Shown here: positions 8,609 to 17,198 of the stretch, piece after piece
Layout: the number at the start of each line of letters is the position of its first letter
How positions within the stretch are numbered: the first letter of the stretch is position 1
Assembly (NCBI GenBank): GCA_964439585.1
Contig: CAYTOP010000005.1
Location: forward strand, 1-35,662
Direction of reading: 5' to 3'
Source: an uncultured Gammaproteobacteria bacterium
Lineage (GTDB): Bacteria > Patescibacteriota > Microgenomatia > UBA8517
DNA length: 35,662 nucleotides
Made by a program: the position numbers and the translations under genes
The notes under the pieces: model-generated
Told to the model about the DNA's origin: nothing
The model's database searches: none
Seen by the model: the letters and a program-made list of their open reading frames with translations, nothing else

Positions 8609-10234
8609 TTATTTTTTCAACGTAGAAACTGTTACGGGTTTTACCGGAAGTTCAAACCAGAATATGCTGCCTTTACCAACCTCTGAGTCAATTCCAATCT
8701 TACCTCCAAATTTTTCGATAAGAAGTCTCGAGATATAAAGTCCAAGCCCAGTCCCGATAGTCTTGCCAACTGTAGATTCGGCACGATAAAATTTGTTAAA
8801 CAGTTTGGCCTGTTCTTCTTTGGAAATTCCAGGACCCGTGTCAACTACTTCAAGTCGAACAATATTTTCGGATGGCTGTCTAAGTTTTACCATCACCGAC
8901 CCTTCATTGGTATATTTGACCGCATTACTCAAAAAGTTACCTATAACTTCTTGAATTCTGTCTGGATCAACCTCAACTCTATCTTTTATTTCCATTGGAA
9001 CGTCGGAGGACAATTCTAAACCTTTTCTTTCCGCCTCGGGTCTAAACTGAGAGAACACCGTCCTTACTACCTCAGCCAAATTTACAATTTCCACCTGATA
9101 AACCATTCTCCCCTCTTCGATTCGAGAAACATTTAACATGTTATTAACAAGCCGGACAAGTCTATCATTTATTGCATTTGTATCCGCCAAATAACCTCTT
9201 GCCTTATCAGTAATATCTCCAGCATCACCTTCTAAAATCATCGAGACATAACCTTTTATTGCCGTCATTGGGGCACGGAGTTCATGAGCCGCCATGGAGA
9301 TGAAAGTATCCTTCTGCTCATCCATTGCTTTAAGTTTGTCTGTAAGTTCCTGAAGCTCTTCCCTTTGCTTTACCTCACGTAACACACTTTTTATTAAAAG
9401 TAGTCCAAACGGAATATAAAAAAGGAAAATGAAAATCTTTGTAATTTTTTGTATCGTTGTCGGACTGAAAATTAGAGCGTCTAGTAGAAGAAAGCTACCC
9501 AAAAATGTAACCAGAAAAGAAGTCGCTACAACCTTTACACCGAAAAAATTGTATCTGACAATAGCATACGCAATTAATGATAAAAATATAATTGTTGAAT
9601 AATCACCCAATTCATATAAGTCAAATCTACTAAAAAATACAGGAAAAATAATATTAAATATTGCATTTGCTAGGAAAAATATCGTCAGACCTACTAACAG
9701 ATATTTAATACGAGACTTAGTATCACTATTATTTTTTTTGACCTTATACGCGGATATTAGAATAAAGAAATTTATAAAGGAAAGTAATGCTATTGTGCCA
9801 AAGAAAAACCACACTAGTTTGCCATACAGAATTACAAGCACACCATCCTTAAACATAATGTCCGAAATCACATGCTTAGAGAAATTAACAATAAAAATGA
9901 AGCTGAGACCCAACAAATACAAGCCAATTCTTAAGTATCTATTTCTGGGGATATCCTCAAGAAAATTATTGATAAAGGAGTAAACTAAGACAAACAGAAG
10001 TGGGGTTATTGACCACGCCAGCTTAATAGATAATAAACTAGTATTCCCCTCCCCTAATAAACGTGCCAAGAATGCAAAGTCCACCCACATAAACATTAAA
10101 ATTGTCATTAACACAAATAGCTTTTTTAGAAGGGGTTTAACGTTTGCGAGGATTATAGTTAAAACCAGTGAAATCCCTGTGACATTTATTAGAAAAACGG
10201 CTATTTTACTAACCGGGGCATATTGTAAAAACAT
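8609..10234 (-). CDS. Sensor histidine kinase with large multi-TM (about 7-8 helices) N-terminal sensor
   Basis: 541 aa. The H-box is MAAHELRAPMTAIKGY, the N-box NFLSNAVKYT, G1 VVDTGPGI and G2 GTGLGLYIS. The first ~290 aa are almost entirely hydrophobic helices. Confidence 0.9.
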   Translation of the reverse strand: MFLQYAPVSKIAVFLINVTGISLVLTIILANVKPLLKKLFVLMTILMFMWVDFAFLARLLGEGNTSLLSIKLAWSITPLLFVLVYSFINNFLEDIPRNRYLRIGLYLLGLSFIFIVNFSKHVISDIMFKDGVLVILYGKLVWFFFGTIALLSFINFFILISAYKVKKNNSDTKSRIKYLLVGLTIFFLANAIFNIIFPVFFSRFDLYELGDYSTIIFLSLIAYAIVRYNFFGVKVVATSFLVTFLGSFLLLDALIFSPTTIQKITKIFIFLFYIPFGLLLIKSVLREVKQREELQELTDKLKAMDEQKDTFISMAAHELRAPMTAIKGYVSMILEGDAGDITDKARGYLADTNAINDRLVRLVNNMLNVSRIEEGRMVYQVEIVNLAEVVRTVFSQFRPEAERKGLELSSDVPMEIKDRVEVDPDRIQEVIGNFLSNAVKYTNEGSVMVKLRQPSENIVRLEVVDTGPGISKEEQAKLFNKFYRAESTVGKTIGTGLGLYISRLLIEKFGGKIGIDSEVGKGSIFWFELPVKPVTVSTLKK

Positions 10235-10235
10235 T

Positions 10236-11120
10236 TTATTTAACTAATTTTGTTATTATTTTATCAATTTCATCTTTCTGTTCGATAAACATATTTCTAA
10301 AATTATCGCGAATTGTTTTACTACGTCGATTAATACCCCTTTTTATAATTGAGTCCATCCTTGATTCTAACAAGCCCAGTATTCCATGTATATAACCCTT
10401 CATATCCCGAGTGTGTTTGTCATATATGTAAGTTATTAATGTCGCCTGCCCTTGCTTTTTGTCAATATCAATATCAAGCAAATCTTTTTTCAATATATTT
10501 CCAGCTCGAAAAACTTTACTTGCAGCGGAAATAGTATTAGTTTCGATATCCAAATTCTCTTTTGTTAGGGGAATTTGAACAAACACATCAATATCCATAG
10601 CGCGCATAAGTAACAATTCAGTCGACAATTGAATTTTTTTATCAAAAATATTTTCATTTACAATTTCTTCTTGATAATTAAATTCGGCAACCGCCAATGT
10701 TATTAATTTATCAAAATAGTTCCCCATCACCTTTTGTACACGCAGACTTGGAAGACTAAAATTATATATTGAAAAAACTCTAAGATATTCCAAGATATAG
10801 AGCATTTTATCTTGTTTATCTAAATTTGAATCTAATAGGTCATCAAGTATATTTATCATCGCATCAACCATGATTGACTGTTCAATCAATTTCACTGGAT
10901 ACAATTCTACAAATGCTCTTAATACAAATTCCGTCCTTAAATACTTTTTGTTACTCTTCCACTTGATGACCATGCTTTTGGAAGACGTAATTAAAAGATT
11001 TCTATAATCGGAAATATTATTAAATTTTTGCGTTCTGACACCTAATATTTTCTTAATATCCGAAAGGTTAGTACTAACACTCTTTTCGTACTTCTTAATG
11101 ATGAGTTTTTTGTAATCCAT
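10236..11120 (-). CDS. Divergent class-I isoprenoid-synthase-fold protein (squalene/phytoene-synthase-like or prenyl-synthase-like)
   Basis: 294 aa, soluble and helix-rich. It has two Asp-rich motifs about 120 aa apart: INILDDLLDS, and GNILKKDLLDIDIDKKQG. The second resembles the NILRDVGED..G motif of SQS/PSY enzymes. The size matches CrtM/CrtB. Its stop lies 1 nt before the kinase start. Confidence 0.4.
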   Translation of the reverse strand: MDYKKLIIKKYEKSVSTNLSDIKKILGVRTQKFNNISDYRNLLITSSKSMVIKWKSNKKYLRTEFVLRAFVELYPVKLIEQSIMVDAMINILDDLLDSNLDKQDKMLYILEYLRVFSIYNFSLPSLRVQKVMGNYFDKLITLAVAEFNYQEEIVNENIFDKKIQLSTELLLMRAMDIDVFVQIPLTKENLDIETNTISAASKVFRAGNILKKDLLDIDIDKKQGQATLITYIYDKHTRDMKGYIHGILGLLESRMDSIIKRGINRRSKTIRDNFRNMFIEQKDEIDKIITKLVK

Positions 11121-11154
11121 ATCTAATGATAGCCCAAATAGTTGAAGTCTTGAA

Positions 11155-12186
11155 TTAGTAATCCCTGTTCACAAAATACGCCGAAATTTCTTTTATCTTT
11201 CCCAAATCATAAATATTAGAATAATCCTTCTCAAGTCTTTTATAAGATTTGCTAACAAGATTTTTAGCAAATGAAACTGAATTGGTGATAGCCCCAGTTG
11301 AGTTTATTAGATTTATTGCCTTGCGAATGTATTTCTTGTTCCTCGTGTGTCTTTTAAGTATTTGTATCAATCCATCTCGATCGATAGGAGATAAATGTTC
11401 TAACGCATAAACAACAGGTAAACTAATTTTGCCTTCCGAAATATCATTCCCGTACGATTTTCCGAATTTTCCGTTCGTCGATTTCAAGTCAAGGACATCG
11501 TCAATCACCTGAAAGGCCATACCTATTGATTCAGCAAAATTTTTGAAATCATCTTCTGTCTTTTTATCCTTTTCAGCCAAAATGCATGCCATCCGTACGC
11601 TCATTCGCATCAACGAACCCGTTTTTAGCCTAACCATCTCAAGGTATTTTTCGACACTAACCTTATACTCAGGATTATTGTGCCAATAAATATCTAGAGT
11701 CTGGCCAAAACAAACATTGGAAAGTTCCTCAGTGTAAATATTTACAAGTTTAATTTTCTTTTCATTAGATAAATCCTTATTTGAAAGTACAATCGACATA
11801 GGCAGTACATGTAAAGAAGCACCCGCATTCACAGCTACATCAGTACCGAACTTTTTGTGCATGGTCGGAAGGCCTCTTCTGAGTAATCCCCTGTCCTCTA
11901 TATCATCCAAAATTAATGTCCCATTATGAACAAGTTCAATTAACACTGCGTATTTCAGATATTTTTCGTGTTTTACACCAAACGCTTCGAGAGTAAGTAA
12001 CAAAAGTGTGGGACGTAGTCGCTTTCCACCACGCAGAATAAAATCTCTTATAGGTTCGTTGAGGTTAAAACTGAGTGCTTGAAAGTCAACATCATACTTA
12101 TTCTTCTTAAGAAAAAGCTTAATAGACTTGCTATCCCAAGTTTTTGGGAAAGATTTCGCTAAATAATCCTCAAACTCATCTTTCAT
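11155..12186 (-). CDS. Polyprenyl diphosphate synthase (trans-isoprenyl diphosphate synthase family)
   Basis: 343 aa. The first Asp-rich motif is LILDDIEDRG and the second FQVIDDVLD. GKRLRP and GKSYGNDISEGK are also present. Confidence 0.88.
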   Translation of the reverse strand: MKDEFEDYLAKSFPKTWDSKSIKLFLKKNKYDVDFQALSFNLNEPIRDFILRGGKRLRPTLLLLTLEAFGVKHEKYLKYAVLIELVHNGTLILDDIEDRGLLRRGLPTMHKKFGTDVAVNAGASLHVLPMSIVLSNKDLSNEKKIKLVNIYTEELSNVCFGQTLDIYWHNNPEYKVSVEKYLEMVRLKTGSLMRMSVRMACILAEKDKKTEDDFKNFAESIGMAFQVIDDVLDLKSTNGKFGKSYGNDISEGKISLPVVYALEHLSPIDRDGLIQILKRHTRNKKYIRKAINLINSTGAITNSVSFAKNLVSKSYKRLEKDYSNIYDLGKIKEISAYFVNRDY

Positions 12187-12366
12187 TGTATTTTTAAGAT
12201 CTAGTGTATTATAGGTTCAAAATGAATGTAAAACAATGAACAACAGTTAAAGGGGGAGTTGTGTGAAAAAAATTTTCTGGCAAAAAAGTAACTCTTACGA
12301 ATTGAGAAGTGCATACTCTATAAACATCTTACAACAAAATTGCCCGTAATGATGAAACAGTGATTA

Positions 12367-12903
12367 TTAGTTTGGAGTATAACGAAAAGACTGGGCAATT
12401 TGATCAAGATCGGAATAGAGTGAAGTCGCATTTGTAGACAATAAATATACGGAACGCTGATGATAAATATAATAAACCTTCTGGCTTACACCATTATCCC
12501 TATTTAGCTCCACCCTCTCCAAACTTTCATTGTTATCGATAACTAGGTTGCGTTCTGACAGAATACCTAAATTCCTCTTCGTATCAAAAAACCTAATGTA
12601 GTCAGCGAGATTGTCAAGATTTGTTCGATTAACTATGAGGTCTATCAAACCTTCGCTTGCTTCAAAATTAACATATGTAGCTTTTTCAACAACTGTAAAT
12701 TTTGGCGGTATATTTATTTCAAAATCGAACGAAGATGATTTGTACGTTTTAAAGTTTTGCTGGTCATTATCTATTTGATGATTACTTGAAGGTGCATTTA
12801 AAGAAGATGTTGTTGATTTCCTGTTTTTTGATACAAAAACAGTCAAAATAACTGAAATTAGTACCACTCCCGACGCTAATATGATTAGTGTGTCTTTTTT
12901 CAT
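12367..12903 (-). CDS. N-terminally anchored extracytoplasmic protein, unknown function
   Basis: 178 aa with one TM anchor, a Ser/Asn-rich linker and a beta-rich domain (FKTYKSSSFDFEINIPPKF...). The architecture matches the upstream neighbour. Confidence 0.6.
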   Translation of the reverse strand: MKKDTLIILASGVVLISVILTVFVSKNRKSTTSSLNAPSSNHQIDNDQQNFKTYKSSSFDFEINIPPKFTVVEKATYVNFEASEGLIDLIVNRTNLDNLADYIRFFDTKRNLGILSERNLVIDNNESLERVELNRDNGVSQKVYYIYHQRSVYLLSTNATSLYSDLDQIAQSFRYTPN

Positions 12904-12949
12904 TTATGGTTATACCTTGATTTGTGACACAATTCTAGAAGCTTCTAGA

Positions 12950-13537
12950 TTAAAGAAATTTAATTGAATCTACTATTGCGTTAAATTCACTTTCATATTG
13001 GCTCGGGTCTGGGTGTTTCTCAATCTGGAGGATATGTTTAGCATCTTTGTAAAGAATATAATACACAAACTGTTGGTCTCTTGGTGTTTTGACCACATAC
13101 TTGTAAAATGTACCTGCTTGAACTAGGCGACCTTCTTTTGAAACTATTGTATTCTTCGATGCTTCTCCACCTTCTCCACAGCCGGGATAAATCAAGTCGT
13201 CTTCATAAGCTGGATAACAACTAGAATACGGGTCAATAAAAATCTTAATTTGATCAGGGTTTGGCGTTTTATTATCACCTATAACAGTTGGGTACGATGT
13301 CACCATAACATCAAAAACTTTATTATCTACATACCAACTAGCCGGATAATTAAAGGATATTTTTAAATCTGTACCAACATAAGTTTTTGTATTACTAGCT
13401 TGAGTTGGATTGGGCCTATTAGTTGAAGATGAATTTTGGTAGTTCTCAACTTTAATCTTCACCAATATTATTAAACCGAGGAAAACTAAAGTTAATAATA
13501 CTAATACAAAAATATAGTGTTTTTTATTGTTCTTCAT
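12950..13537 (-). CDS. N-terminally anchored extracytoplasmic protein, unknown function
   Basis: 195 aa with a TM anchor, a linker and TKTYVGTDLKISFNYPASWYV.... Its start directly abuts the stop of the 936-aa gene (13538). Confidence 0.6.
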   Translation of the reverse strand: MKNNKKHYIFVLVLLTLVFLGLIILVKIKVENYQNSSSTNRPNPTQASNTKTYVGTDLKISFNYPASWYVDNKVFDVMVTSYPTVIGDNKTPNPDQIKIFIDPYSSCYPAYEDDLIYPGCGEGGEASKNTIVSKEGRLVQAGTFYKYVVKTPRDQQFVYYILYKDAKHILQIEKHPDPSQYESEFNAIVDSIKFL

Positions 13538-16348
13538 TTAGTAACTATATTCCAGATTACCTTTATTTGTTATTAGTTGCAACAAAACAAAACCGCTAAC
13601 AGTTTCTTTTAATTTTTCAGTGTCATTAACCTTTATAAACACTGTACTCAAGTCCTTATCAATATCATATTTAATCCTTACTTTTGATACTCCTCCTTCC
13701 TCATAACTTTGATCGACAACACCGAGTTTTTCATCTTCTTTTTTATATCTCACGTCAAAATGATTTGAAGGTAGAATATATGACTGTGCATTATTGTATT
13801 GGAAAGAGTAAATTGCAAACTTATCCTTTTTAAGTTTATCTCTATCACGTACTTCCAGGTTTAAAGAGTTCCCCGCTTTGTCGGAAACCATATAAATTTC
13901 GTCATCCATACTATCTGTATTCGCATTATCAAACTTATCAACAGTCTTTAAATTATCATCTACACCTTCAATCGCCATATCTGCGAGACTCTGATCAACA
14001 TATACTTTTGCTTCCGGTAAGGTCTTGTCTATGTTAAAGTCTATTGATTCCCTATCTTCAATATTTCCGGCTATATCAAAAGACTGATAAGTAATTTGGT
14101 AATTTCCCTCATCTTCAAAGTTTAAGGGCTCTTGATATTCATACCAATCGCTATCGTTGAGACTATAAAGTGTATATTGCAAGCCATTTCCACCTTCGTT
14201 ATCCTTTCCATCCAAATAAACTTTTACATTAGATCTATACCAATTATCGTCACCCTTATCGCCAATGATCTCCACCTCTGTACTTGGAGCAATAGTGTCT
14301 TTAACTTCTCCCATAAGTGCAAATTGAGTAAAGTGGGTCGTATCACCATAAACCAACTTGTTAGCCAAATCTATGGTTGTAGAAATTGGATGCCATTCTC
14401 CTAATGCTTCGTCATAATAATACAATGTCAAAGTATCTTCTTCGGTATTAGACAGATCCGCTTGGGAGTAGTCATATGATATATGTATAGGGAATAAAAA
14501 TTGGGTTATTTTGTCACCAGCATTATCAATAGCCTCCAAAAAAATAGTTGGTACGACACTTTTAACAACACTTGATGCAGTTTCGTAAGGACCGAAAATG
14601 AGCGTTAACACTAAATCTTTCGTAGATGCCCCACTTGGAATTTCGACAGTAACATTGTCTGCAGTTAATATACCCCCCGTTGTGGGTATTGGAGTTGTTT
14701 TGGGTTTTGCTCTTGCAATAAATAGATTGTAACTTTTAGCACCATCTTTATCTTTCGGCCAAGGATCATCATAATTACCTTCCCAACCGAGCGGGTCTGT
14801 AACTCCAAGAGGAAATTCACCTACAAACAACCCATCTCCATTAGTGTCGTAAAACACAGACATGTGGATATGCGGTCCGGTTACATACCCGGTCATTCCG
14901 ACTTTTCCAACTATATCCCCTTTATTAACATACACTTTCTGGCTCTCACTAGAGATAACTAATCCCTGACTACTTAAATGCTCATACCATGTTTGGTAAT
15001 GATTCTCATGATCGATTTTTATGACATTACCAGCACCGCCGCTTTTACCTTCAGGAACAAAAGTCGCCCAACCCGATGCTGCCGCAAGCACCGGAGTATT
15101 AAAGTAGACACCATCCTGTTGGTTGTAATCATAGCCATTATGGTGCCTATACTTGAAATTCTTTTCCTCGCCTGTATATACAGTCACGGGCGGGTCGCAG
15201 CACGGCAAATCCTGTAAAGGATATTTATGATCAAACCACGATGATGGATTTAGGGCTGCCTGATTAAATATTAACCCTTCTCCTTCATAATCCCATGGTA
15301 AATCTAAAAACGGTTCGGGGCCCTCGTCTGAGGGTATCAAATCACCATCATGAATTACGTAAATTTTATCCGGGCTTACGGCATATACTTTATTTGTAGT
15401 CTTATTAACAGCAATCGCATATACCTGAGATCCAAGTAGCAAAGGTTCGTTTGCAAAAAATTCATTCGTAGATCCTTCTAAAACTAGTACGTAACTAAGT
15501 CCTGATACGAATATATGATTAGTTGTCGGATTGGTTGCAATGTCGGATGCATAAATATTAAAAGGAAAAACACCCTGTGTGGTAATTCTGGCATTAATTG
15601 AATCATCTGAACCATTAAGTACCGTAATTTGCTGATTTACTTGATCTCCGGCAACGTATACCAAATTGGTGGAAGTGTTTATATCAATGCCTTCGTAACC
15701 ACCATTTATAGCACCAACCGGAGTATTAGTAATAATTTCATTTCTCACTCCGTCCACCATGGTAACTGTCCCATGAACAACTTCTGTATAAATACGGTTA
15801 GTAAATGAGTTAGCAACTATACCAGAAGCAAAACCCGAAGATGGGTGGTAAATATATTTAAAAAGAGTATCACTGCCGCCATCAATTACTCCAACAATGG
15901 GCCCATCACCTTTCTGAAAAGTGACGTAAATAGAATTCAAATTTGAATTGACAGTTAGTGCTCTCGCGGGGTAAGGAATTGGGATTTGTTTTATTGTTCC
16001 ACCACTGCTCCAATCAACTACATCAATATTGTAGCCGGAACTACTATCTGCAACGTAAACCTTATTAGTTACAGGATTTACCCCAATAGCTCTAGAAAGT
16101 CCTGGGATTGATATTGTATCAACAACCTCATCCGTATCCCCATCTATCACATTAACTTCACCTTCTACTATATTTGCAACGTAAACTATATTTCTACTAT
16201 CATCTATAGCTATAGAAAACGATCCGTATACCATTGGTATTTCCTTAACAATGGGAAAATTTGAAGTAGCTGAGACAAAAGTAGGAGTTGTAATTAACAA
16301 AATAAAAGAAGTAATCAAGGAAGAAACAACAATTACTTTTTTATACAT
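13538..16348 (-). CDS. Secreted multidomain protein: 7-bladed YVTN-type beta-propeller + M23 (LytM) metallopeptidase + C-terminal Ig-like/beta-sandwich modules
   Basis: 936 aa with a signal peptide. Seven repeats of the (T/R)N.(V/I)Y(V/T) type span aa ~50-330. The M23 motifs are H403-NGY-D407 and H493-I-H495, with NVIKIDHENHYQTWYEHLS between them. The later segment IAPSTEVEI..GDDNWYRSNVKVYL..DNEGGNGLQYTLYSLN..WYEY...EGNYQITYQSFDIAGNIE looks like a surface Ig-like module. Confidence 0.8.
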   Translation of the reverse strand: MYKKVIVVSSLITSFILLITTPTFVSATSNFPIVKEIPMVYGSFSIAIDDSRNIVYVANIVEGEVNVIDGDTDEVVDTISIPGLSRAIGVNPVTNKVYVADSSSGYNIDVVDWSSGGTIKQIPIPYPARALTVNSNLNSIYVTFQKGDGPIVGVIDGGSDTLFKYIYHPSSGFASGIVANSFTNRIYTEVVHGTVTMVDGVRNEIITNTPVGAINGGYEGIDINTSTNLVYVAGDQVNQQITVLNGSDDSINARITTQGVFPFNIYASDIATNPTTNHIFVSGLSYVLVLEGSTNEFFANEPLLLGSQVYAIAVNKTTNKVYAVSPDKIYVIHDGDLIPSDEGPEPFLDLPWDYEGEGLIFNQAALNPSSWFDHKYPLQDLPCCDPPVTVYTGEEKNFKYRHHNGYDYNQQDGVYFNTPVLAAASGWATFVPEGKSGGAGNVIKIDHENHYQTWYEHLSSQGLVISSESQKVYVNKGDIVGKVGMTGYVTGPHIHMSVFYDTNGDGLFVGEFPLGVTDPLGWEGNYDDPWPKDKDGAKSYNLFIARAKPKTTPIPTTGGILTADNVTVEIPSGASTKDLVLTLIFGPYETASSVVKSVVPTIFLEAIDNAGDKITQFLFPIHISYDYSQADLSNTEEDTLTLYYYDEALGEWHPISTTIDLANKLVYGDTTHFTQFALMGEVKDTIAPSTEVEIIGDKGDDNWYRSNVKVYLDGKDNEGGNGLQYTLYSLNDSDWYEYQEPLNFEDEGNYQITYQSFDIAGNIEDRESIDFNIDKTLPEAKVYVDQSLADMAIEGVDDNLKTVDKFDNANTDSMDDEIYMVSDKAGNSLNLEVRDRDKLKKDKFAIYSFQYNNAQSYILPSNHFDVRYKKEDEKLGVVDQSYEEGGVSKVRIKYDIDKDLSTVFIKVNDTEKLKETVSGFVLLQLITNKGNLEYSY

Positions 16349-16506
16349 TCTTACGTAAACAGATCCAAAATACCTTTATTACACGTAATATCTATTTCAG
16401 TCTATTCTCACAATTCTCTCGGGGCAAGTATTATTTTGACATGGTCAGTTTAGGTGTGTGGTTTATAGAATACTTACCATAAAGCAACTGGAGAATTCGG
16501 TTATTT

Positions 16507-16962
16507 TTATCTAGTCACACCAATAGAGGTTTTTACTTCTCCGGAGGCAGAGGCAACAACCCGATCATTTGCATCAACATATATTAAATAGCCGGTATCC
16601 TGATCGCTTCCCGTCGAAGGATCATGCGGCATGCTCGCCAGATATGCTGCAACTATAGTTTCCCCTGGATCGCCTGCATTTGCCAAATTGTAGCACGGTG
16701 CAACAGTTCCAATACAAGTCGGTGCCGTGGGAAAATCACTCGTAGCGGGATCTCCATCGGTATCCGGCAAGTTACCACTGTGTTCGCCCGAATATTGATA
16801 CACAGCTGACAAAATTGCGTAAAGATCAGTTTCCCTTTGAGTATCACGCGCTCTTGCAAATTGCCTCGAAGGGTTAACAGCCACAACTAAAAGTGATGAT
16901 AATATACCAATAATGGCCATTACTACTAGAAGTTCAACTAATGTAAATCCTTTTTTCATCAT
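16507..16962 (-). CDS. pilA: Type IV (pseudo)pilin, probable major pilin
   Basis: 151 aa. The prepilin signal is MMKKG/FTLVELLVVMAIIGIL, followed by ARDTQRETDL, which is GspG/pilin-like. The C-terminal part is Gly/Asp/Pro/Thr-rich with two Cys. Confidence 0.88.
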   Translation of the reverse strand: MMKKGFTLVELLVVMAIIGILSSLLVVAVNPSRQFARARDTQRETDLYAILSAVYQYSGEHSGNLPDTDGDPATSDFPTAPTCIGTVAPCYNLANAGDPGETIVAAYLASMPHDPSTGSDQDTGYLIYVDANDRVVASASGEVKTSIGVTR

Positions 16963-17198
16963 CTATTTATTGTACCAGAAGAACTTGAACTTTCCCCAAA
17001 AGCAAATTTATACGCATCGTTTAATTGGTCCACATTTATTTTTATGTCAGAATTATTAACCAGATCAATTTCACCTGATGTGAGAAATGCCGAAAAAAGT
17101 CCTCTCACAGTAAAGATAACCAACACCGCCATAACAGCTAAGGTTATAAAAAATATAATGTAAAATTTATCTAGTTTTTCCCAAGTCTTTGTTGACAT
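16959..17198 (-). CDS. Small single-pass membrane protein in the pilus operon
   Basis: I moved the start to the internal ATG (MSTKTWEKLDKFYIIFFITLAVMAVLVIF...), giving 79 aa. The 93-aa track ORF would overlap the upstream gene by 74 nt. Its stop overlaps the pilin start by 4 nt. Confidence 0.5.
   Translation of the reverse strand: MSTKTWEKLDKFYIIFFITLAVMAVLVIFTVRGLFSAFLTSGEIDLVNNSDIKINVDQLNDAYKFAFGESSSSSGTINR

Noticed and set aside
12934-12949. Perfect 16-bp palindrome TCTAGAAGCTTCTAGA between the two anchored-protein genes.
   Set aside because: A 16-bp perfect palindrome is expected on the order of once per window of this size by chance (35.7 kb x 4^-8 is about 0.5, more with AT bias). It may be a simple intercistronic hairpin. 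It is mentioned under the neighbouring finding only.
13538-16348. Possibility that the M23 protein marks a prophage or tailocin remnant (phage lysin).
   Set aside because: There are no capsid, tail, terminase, holin or integrase genes nearby. The protein has a Sec signal peptide and a propeller plus Ig-like surface architecture rather than a phage endolysin layout.
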